Shown: positions 30,508 to 40,757, numbered from the stretch's first letter. The stretch: DNA of 64,000 nucleotides from Caldilineae bacterium (GCA_020634625.1 JACKBJ010000002.1:158275-222274); one strand, 5' to 3'. Program-made: numbers and translations. Notes: generated by a model from the letters alone, not told the origin.

Positions 30508-32226
30508 CTAGGCCTTGGCGGGGCCCTCCAGCACGCGCTGCCAATGCGCGTCGTGCAGGGCGCGGTAGAGATCGCGGCTCATCGCGCGACTGCGTTCGGC
30601 AGCCTCGGCATCGCCGAGGTCCTGCAGCAGCGCCGAACGATAGAAGCTGACCTCGGCCACGCCGCGCATGTGTCCGATCGCACGGAAGGCGAGCTCGCTC
30701 TGCCGAAAGTGTTCGAGCGCCGCGTCGAGCTCGCCGGCCTGATGCGCCAGGTAGCCGCAGACCTCGAGGCAATAGGCATGGCCGGCGGGGTCGGCGACGT
30801 CCTGGTAGATCTCGAGCGCCTGCTTGGCCAGCGCTCGCGCTTCCGGCCAGCGCCCGAGGTTCTGATAGACGGTGCTGAGATCCACCCGCAAGCTGGCGAT
30901 CGCCGCGCCGTCCTCGGAGGCGATCGCGATCTGTAGGGCTTCGTCGAGCAGGGTCTCGGCGCTGGGGTACCGGCCGAGCGCCATCTCGGTCAGCGCGGCG
31001 TTCTTGAGCGCGATGGCGGTCAGGGCCGAGCGGTTCAACCCGCGCAGCAGGGTCAGGCTCTCGGCGTGCCACTCGGCCGAGCGCGTGAGGTCTCGCTCGC
31101 GGAAGGCGATGACGCCGAGGCTGCCCAGGGCGCGCGCCAGCCACTCCCGGTTGCCGATCGTCTGCCAGATCCGCAACGCCGACTCGAGGCGTTCGCGAGC
31201 GATGCCCAGATCGTCCTGCTGCAAGGCCAGGATGCCCGAGCCGTGCAGCACCTTGGCGTACACCGCGCTCGTGCCGGGCTTGAGGGCGAGCAGCACGCGG
31301 TCCATGCACACACGCCCGCGATCGACCTGCGGATGATCGACCCAGATCGGCCAGATCGCGCCCGCCAGACGAGCGACGGGATCCAGCTCCTCGGCGGCCA
31401 GGCCGAGCTCCATGCACTCGAGAATCGCCGTCAGGTTGGCCTCGATCACGCGCAGCCAGCGCTCGCGCTCGGGCCCCCAGATCTCGAGGCTGGCCTCTTC
31501 GACCAGGGTGACGTAGCCCGTCAAGCGGTCGCGCCAGCCCGGCGCCCGCGACGGGGGTTCCGCGACGGCCGGTGGGGGGGCCGGGCCGATGTCCGGGCGA
31601 TCCTTCGCGTACGACGGCAGACGATCGGCGTCGATCGCCGGGGGCCGATCCGCGGTCGACCAGCCTGCCGGCGCCCGCGACGTCACCGCCTGTCCCGCGA
31701 ACGCCAGCTCGACCACCGATTCGGTCTGCCGCAGGGCCGCGGCCTGCAGGGCGGCGAAGCGGCGGCGTTCGCGCACCGCCCATTCGTCGGTGAAGAGCGG
31801 CAGGAGGCCGATGCCGTAGACCTCGGCCAGCGATGCGCGGAGCGCTGGCGCTTGCGACGGCTCGCGCAGATCGCCGGCCCTGGCCAGCAGCGCGGCATGC
31901 GCCTGCACGTCGGTCGCGATCGACGGGTTGAGCTGGATCACGCCGCGCGGGCTCAGCACGGTCTCTTCCGGCATGCCCAGCTCGGCCAGCATCCGACGCA
32001 GGCGCACCAGCACCTCGGTCAGTCGGTTGGTGGCCAACGCCTCGGGCTTGCCGGGCCACAGCTCGGCCGCGATCTCGCTGCGGGCGACGGCCGCGCCGCC
32101 ATGCACCACCAGGAGCGCAAGCAGCGCTTCCTGGCGCCGATTCTCGAAGCGGTGGGTGACGCGACCCTCGACCTCGACACGATAGGTGTCGAAGACGCAG
32201 ATGCGCCAGGGATAACGATCCAGCAT
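30508..32226 (-). CDS. SARP/AfsR-type regulator: OmpR-like winged helix, BTAD and TPR repeats
   Basis: wHTH (WRICVFDTYRVEVEGRVTHRFENRRQEALLALLVVH), BTAD (LPLFTDEWAVRERRRFAALQAAAL) and C-terminal TPRs. The overlapping 591-aa same-strand ORF is R/G-rich junk. The start was placed at MLDRYPWRI. Confidence 0.7.
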   Translation of the reverse strand: MLDRYPWRICVFDTYRVEVEGRVTHRFENRRQEALLALLVVHGGAAVARSEIAAELWPGKPEALATNRLTEVLVRLRRMLAELGMPEETVLSPRGVIQLNPSIATDVQAHAALLARAGDLREPSQAPALRASLAEVYGIGLLPLFTDEWAVRERRRFAALQAAALRQTESVVELAFAGQAVTSRAPAGWSTADRPPAIDADRLPSYAKDRPDIGPAPPPAVAEPPSRAPGWRDRLTGYVTLVEEASLEIWGPERERWLRVIEANLTAILECMELGLAAEELDPVARLAGAIWPIWVDHPQVDRGRVCMDRVLLALKPGTSAVYAKVLHGSGILALQQDDLGIARERLESALRIWQTIGNREWLARALGSLGVIAFRERDLTRSAEWHAESLTLLRGLNRSALTAIALKNAALTEMALGRYPSAETLLDEALQIAIASEDGAAIASLRVDLSTVYQNLGRWPEARALAKQALEIYQDVADPAGHAYCLEVCGYLAHQAGELDAALEHFRQSELAFRAIGHMRGVAEVSFYRSALLQDLGDAEAAERSRAMSRDLYRALHDAHWQRVLEGPAKA

Positions 32227-32429
32227 GGCAGTCCATCTCGCTCGGGCGCCGGCACTTGACGACGCATAGGGCGCGTCAAGTCTCGTCAAGAGCATACAGC
32301 AGGGACGCGTCGGGTGCGAATGGGTCTCGCCCTGCCTTTCGCGCGACGCCGGGCGGCGCTAGAATCCCACTCAGGCCGCGCTCGAAGCCGCGGCCCAGCG
32401 TCTCGACCGACCGCAGGAGGACCCAGCCC

Positions 32430-33536
32430 TTGAAGCGCACTCCGCTGTTCGAAGCCCATCTGGCGCTCGGTGCCCGCATGGTCGAGTTCGGTGGCTGGGA
32501 GATGCCGGTCTGGTACGCCGGCATCCAGGCCGAGCACAATGCCGTGCGCGAGCGCGTCGGCCTCTTCGACGTCAGCCACATGGGCGAGTTCGTGGTCTAC
32601 GAGCGGGGCGCTACCGACTTCCTGCGCCGCGTCCTGAGCAACGATGTGGCCGAGCTGGCGCCGGGTCAGGCCCAGTACACCTTGATGCCCAACGCCGAGG
32701 GTGGCACCGTCGACGACCTGCTGGCCTATCGGCTGCCGGACGGCAAGAGCGGTCATCCGGTCTACCTTCTGGTGGTCAACGCCGGCAACCTCGAGAAGGA
32801 TTGGGCCTGGCTGGCCTCGCAGCGCCGCGAGGGCGAGCCGGTCGGCCTGGACGACCACTCCGAGAGCAAGGGGCTGGTGGCGTTGCAGGGGCCGCGCGCC
32901 GCGATGGTGCTCAACGAGGTCTGCCGGCTGCCGATCTTCCACATGCCCTATTACGGCTTCGAGCGGGGCGAGGTGGCCGGCGTGCAGGCCCTGGTCTCGC
33001 GCACCGGCTATACGGGCGAGGACGGCTTCGAGATCATGACCGAGGCCGACGAGATCGAGGTCGTCTGGGATGCCCTGCTGGACGCTGGCGCGGCCCACGA
33101 GATCCAGCCCTGTGGCCTGGGCGCGCGCGACAGCCTGCGCATCGAGGCCAGCATGCCGCTCTACGGCCACGAGCTCGGCGACGACATCAGCGCCGTCGAG
33201 GCCGGTCTGGGCTACTTTCTCGAGCTGGACAAGCCCGAGCAGGTCGGCGGCGAGCGGCTGCGCCGCGAGAAGGTGGAGGGCCGGTCGCGCAAGCTGATCT
33301 GCTTCAAGATGACCGGCCGCGGCATCCCGCGCCAGGGCTATCCGATCCGCGTGGGCGGCGAGACCGTCGGCGCCGTGACCAGCGGCTTGCAGTCACCGAC
33401 CCTGGGCGAAGCCATCGGCATGGGCTTCATCCCCGAGGCTGCGGCCAAGCTGGGCGATGCCATCGAGGTCGAGGTGCGCGGTCGTTCCGTGCCGGCCGAG
33501 GTCTGCCGGCGCCCCTTCTACAAGCGGCCGCACTGA
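32430..33536 (+). CDS. gcvT: Glycine cleavage system T protein (aminomethyltransferase)
   Basis: LFEAHLALGARMVEFGGWEMPVWYAGIQAEHNAVRERVGLFDVSHMGEF. TTG start with an aggagga RBS. The 5' extension in the track was rejected. Confidence 0.9.
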   Translation: MKRTPLFEAHLALGARMVEFGGWEMPVWYAGIQAEHNAVRERVGLFDVSHMGEFVVYERGATDFLRRVLSNDVAELAPGQAQYTLMPNAEGGTVDDLLAYRLPDGKSGHPVYLLVVNAGNLEKDWAWLASQRREGEPVGLDDHSESKGLVALQGPRAAMVLNEVCRLPIFHMPYYGFERGEVAGVQALVSRTGYTGEDGFEIMTEADEIEVVWDALLDAGAAHEIQPCGLGARDSLRIEASMPLYGHELGDDISAVEAGLGYFLELDKPEQVGGERLRREKVEGRSRKLICFKMTGRGIPRQGYPIRVGGETVGAVTSGLQSPTLGEAIGMGFIPEAAAKLGDAIEVEVRGRSVPAEVCRRPFYKRPH

Positions 33537-33618
33537 ACGCCGACGGCTCGCGCGATCCCATGACCCCTCCGCCGCTTCGGACCGGCCGGCGGTCTCACTG
33601 CCTGGAGGATCGGGCGCG

Positions 33619-34263
33619 ATGATCGGGGGCCACGCGGCGACGCGCCTGGTCGGGCAGCGGGTTGCCTTGCGACCCTATTCCGAGGGCTTCGATGAGGCCG
33701 AGCTGCGCGCGCTCTACCGCTGGGCCCGAGACCCCGAGCTGCTCCGCCTGACCGGCGGGCTGCCGCTCGACCTGTCCTTCGCGCGCTTTCGCGAGGTCTT
33801 CCGGGACAAGCTGACCCGGCTCGACCCGACGCGCGAGCTGCTCTACGCGTTGCTGGACGAGCAGGGCCACCTGATCGGCCGCATCGGCCTCTTCGCCTTG
33901 GACCCGGCCGCCGGCAGCGCCGAGCTCGGGATCGTGCTCGGCGAGCGCGCCAGCTGGGGCCGTGCGCGCGGCCGCGAGGCCATCGGCCTGCTGGCGGGCC
34001 ATGCCTTCGGCGAGCTGAAGCTGTCGCGCATCCTGCTGCACACCTATCCCGAGAACACGCGCGCCCAGCGGGCCTTCGCGGCCGCCGGCTTCCGAGAGAC
34101 GCGCCGGTTGCGCCGCTTCTCGCTCGACCGCGGCACGCATGACGAGATCGAGATGCAGCTGGTGCCGGCCGACCTCGAACGGGTCCAGTCGCTGGCCGCG
34201 CTGTTGCGCTGGCGTGAGTCCGAGTCCCGGCCGGACCGCGATGCCGCGGCCGGTGAGGGCTGA
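33619..34263 (+). CDS. GNAT-family N-acetyltransferase (RimJ/RimL-like)
   Basis: GNAT motif A region (RIGLFALDPAAGSAELGIVLGERASWGRARGREA) and HTYPENTRAQRAFAAAGF. Confidence 0.7.
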   Translation: MIGGHAATRLVGQRVALRPYSEGFDEAELRALYRWARDPELLRLTGGLPLDLSFARFREVFRDKLTRLDPTRELLYALLDEQGHLIGRIGLFALDPAAGSAELGIVLGERASWGRARGREAIGLLAGHAFGELKLSRILLHTYPENTRAQRAFAAAGFRETRRLRRFSLDRGTHDEIEMQLVPADLERVQSLAALLRWRESESRPDRDAAAGEG

Positions 34264-34329
34264 CCGGCCGCGCCGGTCACCTCGCGTTGCGGCAGCCGAA
34301 TCCGCGGCAGCCGTCGAGCGCGGACCGGT

Positions 34330-36306
34330 TCAGCGACGCCAGGCCTGTCCGAGCAGCGGCACGAAGACCCGCTGGCGCGGTTCGACCACCCGGTAGCGGG
34401 CCACGGCCGGCCGGCCGCCGGCCAGCCAGACCGTGATGTCGCGCTTGTCGGGATCCAGGCGGAGGGCGCGCACCCGCCGCGGCTCGATCGAGGCGCCGAG
34501 CGGCGACAGGATGTGGTACTCCCAGGTCAGGCCGTTCCAGTGCAGCAGGCCGTTGGCGTCCACCAGCACCCAGGCCGTCCCCGGCGCCGGCGAGTCGACG
34601 TCCAGCAGCCCGATGGCTTCGGGGATCGGCAGCTCGACCGGCGTCCAGGTCTGCCCATCGAAGCGAAGCAGCCGATCGGCCTCGGTGCCGCTCCGCGCCC
34701 GCGCGATGGCCCAGCCCTCGTTGGCCGTGCTGACCACGAGGCGCGGCACCCAGTAGCCCTCGCCGATGGCCTGGGCGGTCCAGAGGCCGTCGGCCAGATG
34801 CAGGATCTCACCCTCGGCGCCGAACCAGCCCTCGGGCTCGACTCCGCCCCGGAGCATCGAGAAGGCGCCAAAGCGGGCGCTGAACGGCGCCCCTTCCACC
34901 TGCTGCCAGTCGCTGCCGTCCCAGCGGGCCACGACGTTGCTGCCCGTGAGCCAGGCCTCCTGCTCGGAGATGGCCTGCACCGCGTACAGATCCCAGGTCT
35001 TTTCGACCGGCCAGGCGCGCCAGGCCGCGCCGTCCCAGCGCCAGGCCAGGGCTTCGGGCGGGCTGCCCGGCGCGCTGCCGACCGCCCAGCCTTCGCGCTC
35101 GCTGGCCAGGTCGAGGTCGGTCACCCGCGTGCCAGCGGGCATGGCCTGGGCCAGCCGCCAAGGGCCGTCGCTGGCACCGACCATGCCGGCGCTGACGGCC
35201 AGGCCGCCGGCCCAGCCGAAGTCATCCGAAACGGCATCGAGCGCTTCGAGGGGATTGGCCTGCGGCCACAGGGATTCGGCGGCCTGGCCGTCTCGCACGC
35301 GCAGCACCTCGCCCTGCGTGCCCAGGGCGAAGAAGCCGTCTTGGCCCGGCGCCAGGCCGCTGACGACCGAGCCGGTCGGAAGCTCCACCGGCGACCAGTC
35401 GAGCGCGGCGTAGCGATAGACCTTTTCGCCGACCAGGACGTAGGCGGTCGATCCGCGCCAGACCGCGTCATGGTAGACGAGATCGTCCGGACCGGCCTCG
35501 CGCCAGACGCCGTCGGCGAGCTCCCAGGCGCCGGCGCCGAGGAAGAGCCCCCGGCCCTCGGCCGAGAATGCGATGGCCGCCGGGCGTCGAATCCGCGGTG
35601 CGGTGGCGTCGATCTGCCAGCCCGTGCCATCGTTGACCAGGACCTCGCCGCTGGCCGCCATGGCGTAGGCTCGCCCGCCTCCAGCGCTGGCCACCGCGCG
35701 GATATCGACCAGACGCAGCGCGTCGGGCACCGCCGTCGGTCGCCAGATGCCGCCGTCCCAGTAGAGGATGGTGCCGCGCGTGCCGGCCGCCCAGCCGTCG
35801 GCGGGCCCGGCGAGGTCGAGGCTGGACAGGCTGCTGCCGGTCGGTGACGGGTAGCGCAGCCAGCTGGATCCGATCAGGCGAAAGATCGCTCCGCCGTCGC
35901 CGACCGCGAAGCCGGTCGAACCGACGATCGCGATGCGCGAGAGGCTGACGTCGTTGACGATCTGAGCGCTGCGCCAGACCCCGGCCTCCCAGCGCACGAA
36001 GCTGGTCTGGTCCCGAGTGTCGCGGCCAGCCACGAAGGCGGAGCGATCGAGACCCCAGGCCGAATCGGCAGCCACGAGCGCCAGATCGTCGACCTGGCGA
36101 AAGCCACCGTAGAGCAGCTCCCAGCTCGGAACCCAATCGCCGCGTGGCAGCATGGCCTGGGCCCGGGCCACCGGGCCGCCCGAGCCTCCGAGGATCAAGG
36201 CCGCGGCGAGCGCGGTGGCCAGCCGCCCGGCCCGACCAGGCTGGGATCGACGCAGGGGTGTGAGCATTCGGAGCCTCCCGTGACGCGTGCCGAAGCGCCA
36301 GCGCAT
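34330..36306 (-). CDS. Secreted BNR/Ycf48-like beta-propeller repeat protein
   Basis: Signal peptide present. Blades of the form GWAxG...W(D/N)G..W recur many times (GWAAGTRGTILYWDGGIWRP, EAWLTGSNVVARWDGSDWQQV, GTAWVLVDANGLLHWNGLTWEY). Confidence 0.55.
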   Translation of the reverse strand: MRWRFGTRHGRLRMLTPLRRSQPGRAGRLATALAAALILGGSGGPVARAQAMLPRGDWVPSWELLYGGFRQVDDLALVAADSAWGLDRSAFVAGRDTRDQTSFVRWEAGVWRSAQIVNDVSLSRIAIVGSTGFAVGDGGAIFRLIGSSWLRYPSPTGSSLSSLDLAGPADGWAAGTRGTILYWDGGIWRPTAVPDALRLVDIRAVASAGGGRAYAMAASGEVLVNDGTGWQIDATAPRIRRPAAIAFSAEGRGLFLGAGAWELADGVWREAGPDDLVYHDAVWRGSTAYVLVGEKVYRYAALDWSPVELPTGSVVSGLAPGQDGFFALGTQGEVLRVRDGQAAESLWPQANPLEALDAVSDDFGWAGGLAVSAGMVGASDGPWRLAQAMPAGTRVTDLDLASEREGWAVGSAPGSPPEALAWRWDGAAWRAWPVEKTWDLYAVQAISEQEAWLTGSNVVARWDGSDWQQVEGAPFSARFGAFSMLRGGVEPEGWFGAEGEILHLADGLWTAQAIGEGYWVPRLVVSTANEGWAIARARSGTEADRLLRFDGQTWTPVELPIPEAIGLLDVDSPAPGTAWVLVDANGLLHWNGLTWEYHILSPLGASIEPRRVRALRLDPDKRDITVWLAGGRPAVARYRVVEPRQRVFVPLLGQAWRR

Positions 36307-36418
36307 GATGCGGAAGCAGGGGTCGTCGAGTCAAGCCGAGCCCGAGCGTCCGCGCGGCCGATGGCGCTCCGGCATCGGCCGGCGTCGCAAATCGGTCGGA
36401 TCGAGCATAGAACATTTG

Positions 36419-36427
36419 TGCTATACT
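36419..36427 (+). promoter_or_regulatory. Extended -10 (TGcTATACT) for the M23 peptidase transcript
   Basis: catttgTGcTATACTccgcac, about 80 nt upstream of an aaaggag RBS. Confidence 0.4.
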
Positions 36428-36506
36428 CCGCACTCGAGAGGCTCGGTCCCGGGCTCCCCCCGGGGTTCGGCCGAAGCGGCCGACGACGAAAGGAGATGAC
36501 GAAGCC

Positions 36507-38408
36507 ATGCTCGGGCGAGCGACACGACACGATTCCCACCGAAGCGCGATCCGCCGCGAGGTTGCCGGATCGGGCACGGGTCGGCGTATCTCGACGGTCT
36601 GGCTGCTGGTCGGCTTGCTGGTCAGCCTGCTGATCCTGTCCCAGCTGGGTCGGGGCGGGCGCCTCGAAGCGCGCGCACGCGCGGTCCCGGCACCGCTCGG
36701 GTCGCCGGCCGAGCCGCTCGCCCCAGGGCTCGCGGACTTCGTCCGCGGCCCGGAGCAGCTGCTCCAGGATGCGGAGCTCGTCTTCGGCGCTGGCGCCGGA
36801 CGCTTCGACACGGCGGCCTTCCTGGCAGGCCGGCCCGAGCTGCTGCCCGGGCCGCCGGCCGCGACGGCCGCCGCCATCGACGGGGTGGCGCGGCGGCACG
36901 CCATCGATCCGCGCCTGCTGCTCAGCCTGCTGAGCCTGGATCCGGCTGGGGAAGGCGTCGACACCGCCGACCGCGCGGCGCGCATCGCCGTCTGGCTGGC
37001 CGACGGCTACTACGGGCTCAAGCTCCGCGGCGAGGCCGATCTGATCTTCGCCGACGGCAGCCGCCAGCGAGGACCGGTCGAGGGCGGCGCCGCGCACTTC
37101 GCCGTCGCGCGCTATCTGGCCCGTCAGGGGACGGCCGTCGAGCAGCCAGCGCGACAGGCCCGTTTCGCCGAGCGCTACGCCGAGCTCTTCGGTGCTGCGC
37201 CCCGTCTGGAGGCACCGGTGCCGGATGGGTTGCGGCAGCCGCCCCTCCTGCTGCCCTGGGCCGAAGGGCAGCGCTGGCACTACACCGGCGGTCCACATGG
37301 CGCCTGGGGCGTGGCCTCGGCCTGGGGTGCGGTCGACTTCGCCCCGCCCTCGCTCGTCGGCTGCCGGGCCGCTCCGGAATGGACCCTCGCCGCGGCGCCC
37401 GGACGGGTCACCTGGTCGGACACGGGTCTGGTGCTGGTCGACCTGGACGGCGATGGCAACGAAGGCACGGGCTGGGTGCTGGCCTACCTGCACATGGCCA
37501 GCGAGGGCCGGGTCGCGGTCGGCCGATGGCTGGAGGCGGGCGAGCCGCTGGGGCACCCCTCCTGCGAGGGCGGTGTGGCCGACGGCGCGCATCTCCACTT
37601 CGCGCGGCGCTACAACGGGGAGTGGCTCCCGGCCGCCGGTGGGCCGGTGCCGATGGAGCTCTCCGGCTGGCGCTTCAGCTCCCTGGGCGGGGAGTATGAC
37701 GGCAGCATGCAGCATCCCGAGCAGGGCGAGCGGATGGCCGTTACCAGCCGCCGCGGCGGCGCATCCGACCTGGTCAGCGATAACGGGCCGGCGCGCCGTG
37801 AGGCCCTCGCCAGCGCCTGGGCGGCGCTGTCCGCCGGCGCGCCGGCCCGACTCGAAGACGCCGACTCGGGGCTGTCGCGCGCGCCCGAACCGATGACCGA
37901 AGCGGCGCGTCCCGCCGCGCCGGCGACTGCGGCCGCTGCCATGTCGGCGGCCGGCGGCGCCACGGGCGCGGCCACGATCGCCGTCCGAATCGCCCTCGAA
38001 GGCCGGGATGACGCGTCCACGCCGGTCGTGCTCGGCCTGGTCGGCGCCGCCGCGCCGCCACTGGTGTTGATGGCGCGCACCAACGCGGCCGGTGAGACCG
38101 GCGCCATCGCGCTTCCGGACGAGGCCCGCGGGATCTACGATCTGACCCTACGAGCGCCGGGCTTCGCGCCCGCCTTCGTGCTGGGTGTGACGATCGGCGA
38201 GCCGGGCCTCGAGATCGACCTCAGCGCCGGCGGACGGCTGCGCCTGGCTGCCGGCGAGCTCAACGGCGATGACGTGATCGACGGGCGTGACCTCGGCGCC
38301 TGGCTGACGCATTGGCGCGCCGGGCGTCCACTCGCCGATCTGGACGGCGATGGCTGGGCCGGACCGGGTGATCTCTGGCGGGCCATGAACGCCGCCGCGG
38401 GACGCTGA
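36507..38408 (+). CDS. M23-family (LytM-like) metallopeptidase with a C-terminal dockerin-type Ca-binding module
   Basis: The M23 core is GGPHGAWG...WGAVDFAP...GWVLAYLHM...HPSCEGGVADGAHLHF. The C-terminal dockerin-like repeats are LNGDDVIDGRDLGAWL and DLDGDGWAGPGDLWRAM. Confidence 0.75.
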   Translation: MLGRATRHDSHRSAIRREVAGSGTGRRISTVWLLVGLLVSLLILSQLGRGGRLEARARAVPAPLGSPAEPLAPGLADFVRGPEQLLQDAELVFGAGAGRFDTAAFLAGRPELLPGPPAATAAAIDGVARRHAIDPRLLLSLLSLDPAGEGVDTADRAARIAVWLADGYYGLKLRGEADLIFADGSRQRGPVEGGAAHFAVARYLARQGTAVEQPARQARFAERYAELFGAAPRLEAPVPDGLRQPPLLLPWAEGQRWHYTGGPHGAWGVASAWGAVDFAPPSLVGCRAAPEWTLAAAPGRVTWSDTGLVLVDLDGDGNEGTGWVLAYLHMASEGRVAVGRWLEAGEPLGHPSCEGGVADGAHLHFARRYNGEWLPAAGGPVPMELSGWRFSSLGGEYDGSMQHPEQGERMAVTSRRGGASDLVSDNGPARREALASAWAALSAGAPARLEDADSGLSRAPEPMTEAARPAAPATAAAAMSAAGGATGAATIAVRIALEGRDDASTPVVLGLVGAAAPPLVLMARTNAAGETGAIALPDEARGIYDLTLRAPGFAPAFVLGVTIGEPGLEIDLSAGGRLRLAAGELNGDDVIDGRDLGAWLTHWRAGRPLADLDGDGWAGPGDLWRAMNAAAGR

Positions 38409-38471
38409 GGGGCTTCGGCCCGCCATCTGCGCTCGTCTCGGCGTCCCGTCGGTGCAGGATGGCGACCCAGG

Positions 38472-38480
38472 TGCTACAAT
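38472..38480 (+). promoter_or_regulatory. Extended -10 (TGcTACAAT) 9 nt before the ATG; implies a leaderless mRNA
   Basis: gTGcTACAATcggcgcctcATG. Confidence 0.4.
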
Positions 38481-38489
38481 CGGCGCCTC

Positions 38490-40757
38490 ATGTCACCCCT
38501 GCTAGCCCTCGCATCTCCGGTCTCGCTGGCGCTCGCCGCCCTTGCGAGCCTCGTTCCCGCCTCGAGGCAGCGCTTCCGACCGCGACTGCTGCTGCCGCTG
38601 CTGGCGCTCGTCGCGCTCGGCGCCGCGGTGACGCAGCTGGCCATGCTCTGGGACGGCACGCGGGCGAGCCTGGGCGTGACGCTCTCGCCCTGGACCGCGC
38701 GCCTGTTCACCGTCGGGCCGCGTCTCGAGGTCGATGCCTTGGCGGCCTACGGCGTCCTCCTGGTCTGCCTGGCGAGCCTGGTGGCGCTGCTGCATGGCCT
38801 GCGGGATGAGTCCCTGGCGATCGAGTCGCTGGCCGGCCCCTTGGCGGTGGCCAGCAGCGCCACGCTGTTCTGTGCCGCCACGCGTTCGCCCCTCGGGCTG
38901 GTGTCGAGCTGGCTCTTGATGGACCTGGCGCTCTTCTTCGGCGCCGGCGTTCGCCGGCGTGGCCTCCTGGCTGGCCAGCTCGGACTGCTCTTCATCCTGG
39001 CCGGCCTCATGGGCCTGGCCGACCCGAGCCTGGTCGGCGGCGAGCTTGGCAGCTGGCCGCGCCTCTGGCTGCTGGCCGCGGCCGGCATCCGGATGGGGAC
39101 CTATCCCTTCTCCTGGGCCCTGCCGCGGACTCGGATGGACGGTGTCTGGCGGGCCGGCATCCTGCGTCTCGGACCCGCGGTCGCCGGTGCCACGTTGGCC
39201 ATCCGGGCTGGCGCGAGCCTCGGCTCGGGCAACGGGGTCGATCCGCTGTCGCTGCTGCCCGGCGCGCTCGCCATGCTCTTCGGCGGCCTCCTGGCCTGGC
39301 TCTCGGCGGAGCGCGGCACCGCGCTCGACTGGGCGTTCACCGCCGGAGCGGGCCTGCTGCTGACCGCTGCGGCCCTCGGAAGTCCGGTCGGCACGACGGT
39401 CGCGGCCCTGCTGCTGGCGGACCTGGTGCTCGGCCGCCTGGCGCAATACCTGGCCGAGGATACCCCCGGTCAAGCGCCGCGCCTTGCCTGGGGACTGTCG
39501 GCAGCCAGCCTGGCCGGCCTGCCGCCCTTGCTGGGCTTCTTCGCGCGCGTGCTGCTCTACCGGGCCCTGCTCGATGGCGGACATGGTTGGGTGCTGCTCA
39601 CGGCGGCCCTGTCGACGGCGCTGACGGCGGCCCCCTTCGGTCGGCTGCCCGCCCTGTCTCCCAGGACCGAGGGCCCGAGCGCCTGGCAGCTGCTGCCGCT
39701 CGGCCCGGCGCTTCCGCTGGTCCTGCTCGGTCTGCTGTCCGGCTGGCTGCCGTTCGCCCTGTCCGGCGCCGAGTGGTCGCCGATGGCGGGGAGCGCGCGC
39801 GCCTTGCTCGGCCTGGATTGGCGCCTGATCTCGGCCTTGCTGGTGCCGCCGCTGCTGGGCTTCGCGATTCACCGCAGCGGATGGGGCAGCCGGCGGCCGC
39901 CCGTCGATGCGCCCCGCCGGCGTGTCAGCCGATTGCTGCGCCTGACCGAGCTCTTCGACGGCATGCGGACGGCCTTGATCCAGACGGGCCGGATGATCCA
40001 TCGCAGCCTCGGGCTGGTCGAGGGGCATCGCACCATGGCGTTGACCCTGCTGGCGGCCGTGGGCGTGGGCCTGACGGTCCTGGCCGGCGCCGGTCCCCTG
40101 CCCGATCCGGTCGGACCGGGTCTCGACGGGGTGGGCATGATCCTCTGGGGCGTGGCGACGCTCATCGCGGTGGTCAACCTGCTCGTCACCCGGCGCCTGG
40201 TCACCCTGATCATCCTGTGGGTCAGCTACCTGCTCGTCGCGGCGGTGCTGCTGGTCAGCGGCGGCACGCCGACGCCGGCGGCGCTGGTCGTCAGCGCCCT
40301 GGTCAAGGGACTGGCCGGCATCGTCGTCGTGGCGATCCTGTCCATCAGCGTGGTTCAGCTCGGTGCGGACGGCGCGGCGGGGGCGGCGCGTCGCGCCCCG
40401 CTGTTGGCGGCCGAGCCGAGCGATCGCAACGAGACCCCCTTGCGCCTCCTGGCCCTGTGCATCGCCGTGCTCCTCACCGGCAGCCTGCATGCCACCACCC
40501 TGCAGCCGACGCTGCCGGACATGGTCCTGCGCCCGGCCCTGACCCTGATCGTCGGCGGGGTCTTGACCGCCATCTTCGCGCGCAGCCCGCTGCGGCTCGC
40601 CGTGTCGGTGCTGGTCGCCCTGTGCGGCTTCGAGCTGATCTATGCTCGGCTCGATCCGGGGCTGTTCATGACCGGTAGCCTGGCCGCGTTCCACATCCTC
40701 TTCGCCATCCTGGCCTCGCTCTATGTCGGGCTGGCCTTGGACCCCGAAACGGCATGA
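38490..40757 (+). CDS. Highly divergent NuoL/M/N-like (PF00361, complex I/Mrp antiporter-like) polytopic membrane protein, 755 aa
   Basis: About 20 predicted TM helices. A degenerate core (GTYPFSWALP...AGATLAIRAG) aligns to FPLHTWLPDA...AATMVTAGVYLLIR, and AYSSIAHMG corresponds to AFTAGAGLLLTAAALG. The antisense 730-aa ORF is a shadow. Confidence 0.5.
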   Translation: MSPLLALASPVSLALAALASLVPASRQRFRPRLLLPLLALVALGAAVTQLAMLWDGTRASLGVTLSPWTARLFTVGPRLEVDALAAYGVLLVCLASLVALLHGLRDESLAIESLAGPLAVASSATLFCAATRSPLGLVSSWLLMDLALFFGAGVRRRGLLAGQLGLLFILAGLMGLADPSLVGGELGSWPRLWLLAAAGIRMGTYPFSWALPRTRMDGVWRAGILRLGPAVAGATLAIRAGASLGSGNGVDPLSLLPGALAMLFGGLLAWLSAERGTALDWAFTAGAGLLLTAAALGSPVGTTVAALLLADLVLGRLAQYLAEDTPGQAPRLAWGLSAASLAGLPPLLGFFARVLLYRALLDGGHGWVLLTAALSTALTAAPFGRLPALSPRTEGPSAWQLLPLGPALPLVLLGLLSGWLPFALSGAEWSPMAGSARALLGLDWRLISALLVPPLLGFAIHRSGWGSRRPPVDAPRRRVSRLLRLTELFDGMRTALIQTGRMIHRSLGLVEGHRTMALTLLAAVGVGLTVLAGAGPLPDPVGPGLDGVGMILWGVATLIAVVNLLVTRRLVTLIILWVSYLLVAAVLLVSGGTPTPAALVVSALVKGLAGIVVVAILSISVVQLGADGAAGAARRAPLLAAEPSDRNETPLRLLALCIAVLLTGSLHATTLQPTLPDMVLRPALTLIVGGVLTAIFARSPLRLAVSVLVALCGFELIYARLDPGLFMTGSLAAFHILFAILASLYVGLALDPETA

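Noticed and set aside
30461-32236. 591-aa minus-strand ORF overlapping the SARP regulator in another frame
   Set aside because: The R/G-rich translation has no domains. The 30508-32226 frame carries the wHTH, BTAD and TPR motifs.
32296-32429. Glycine riboswitch expected upstream of gcvT
   Set aside because: I looked for the GGAGAG...ACCGAAGGGGCAA...CUCUGGAGAG cores and found no convincing match. The leader is only about 130 nt and is shared with the divergent SARP gene.
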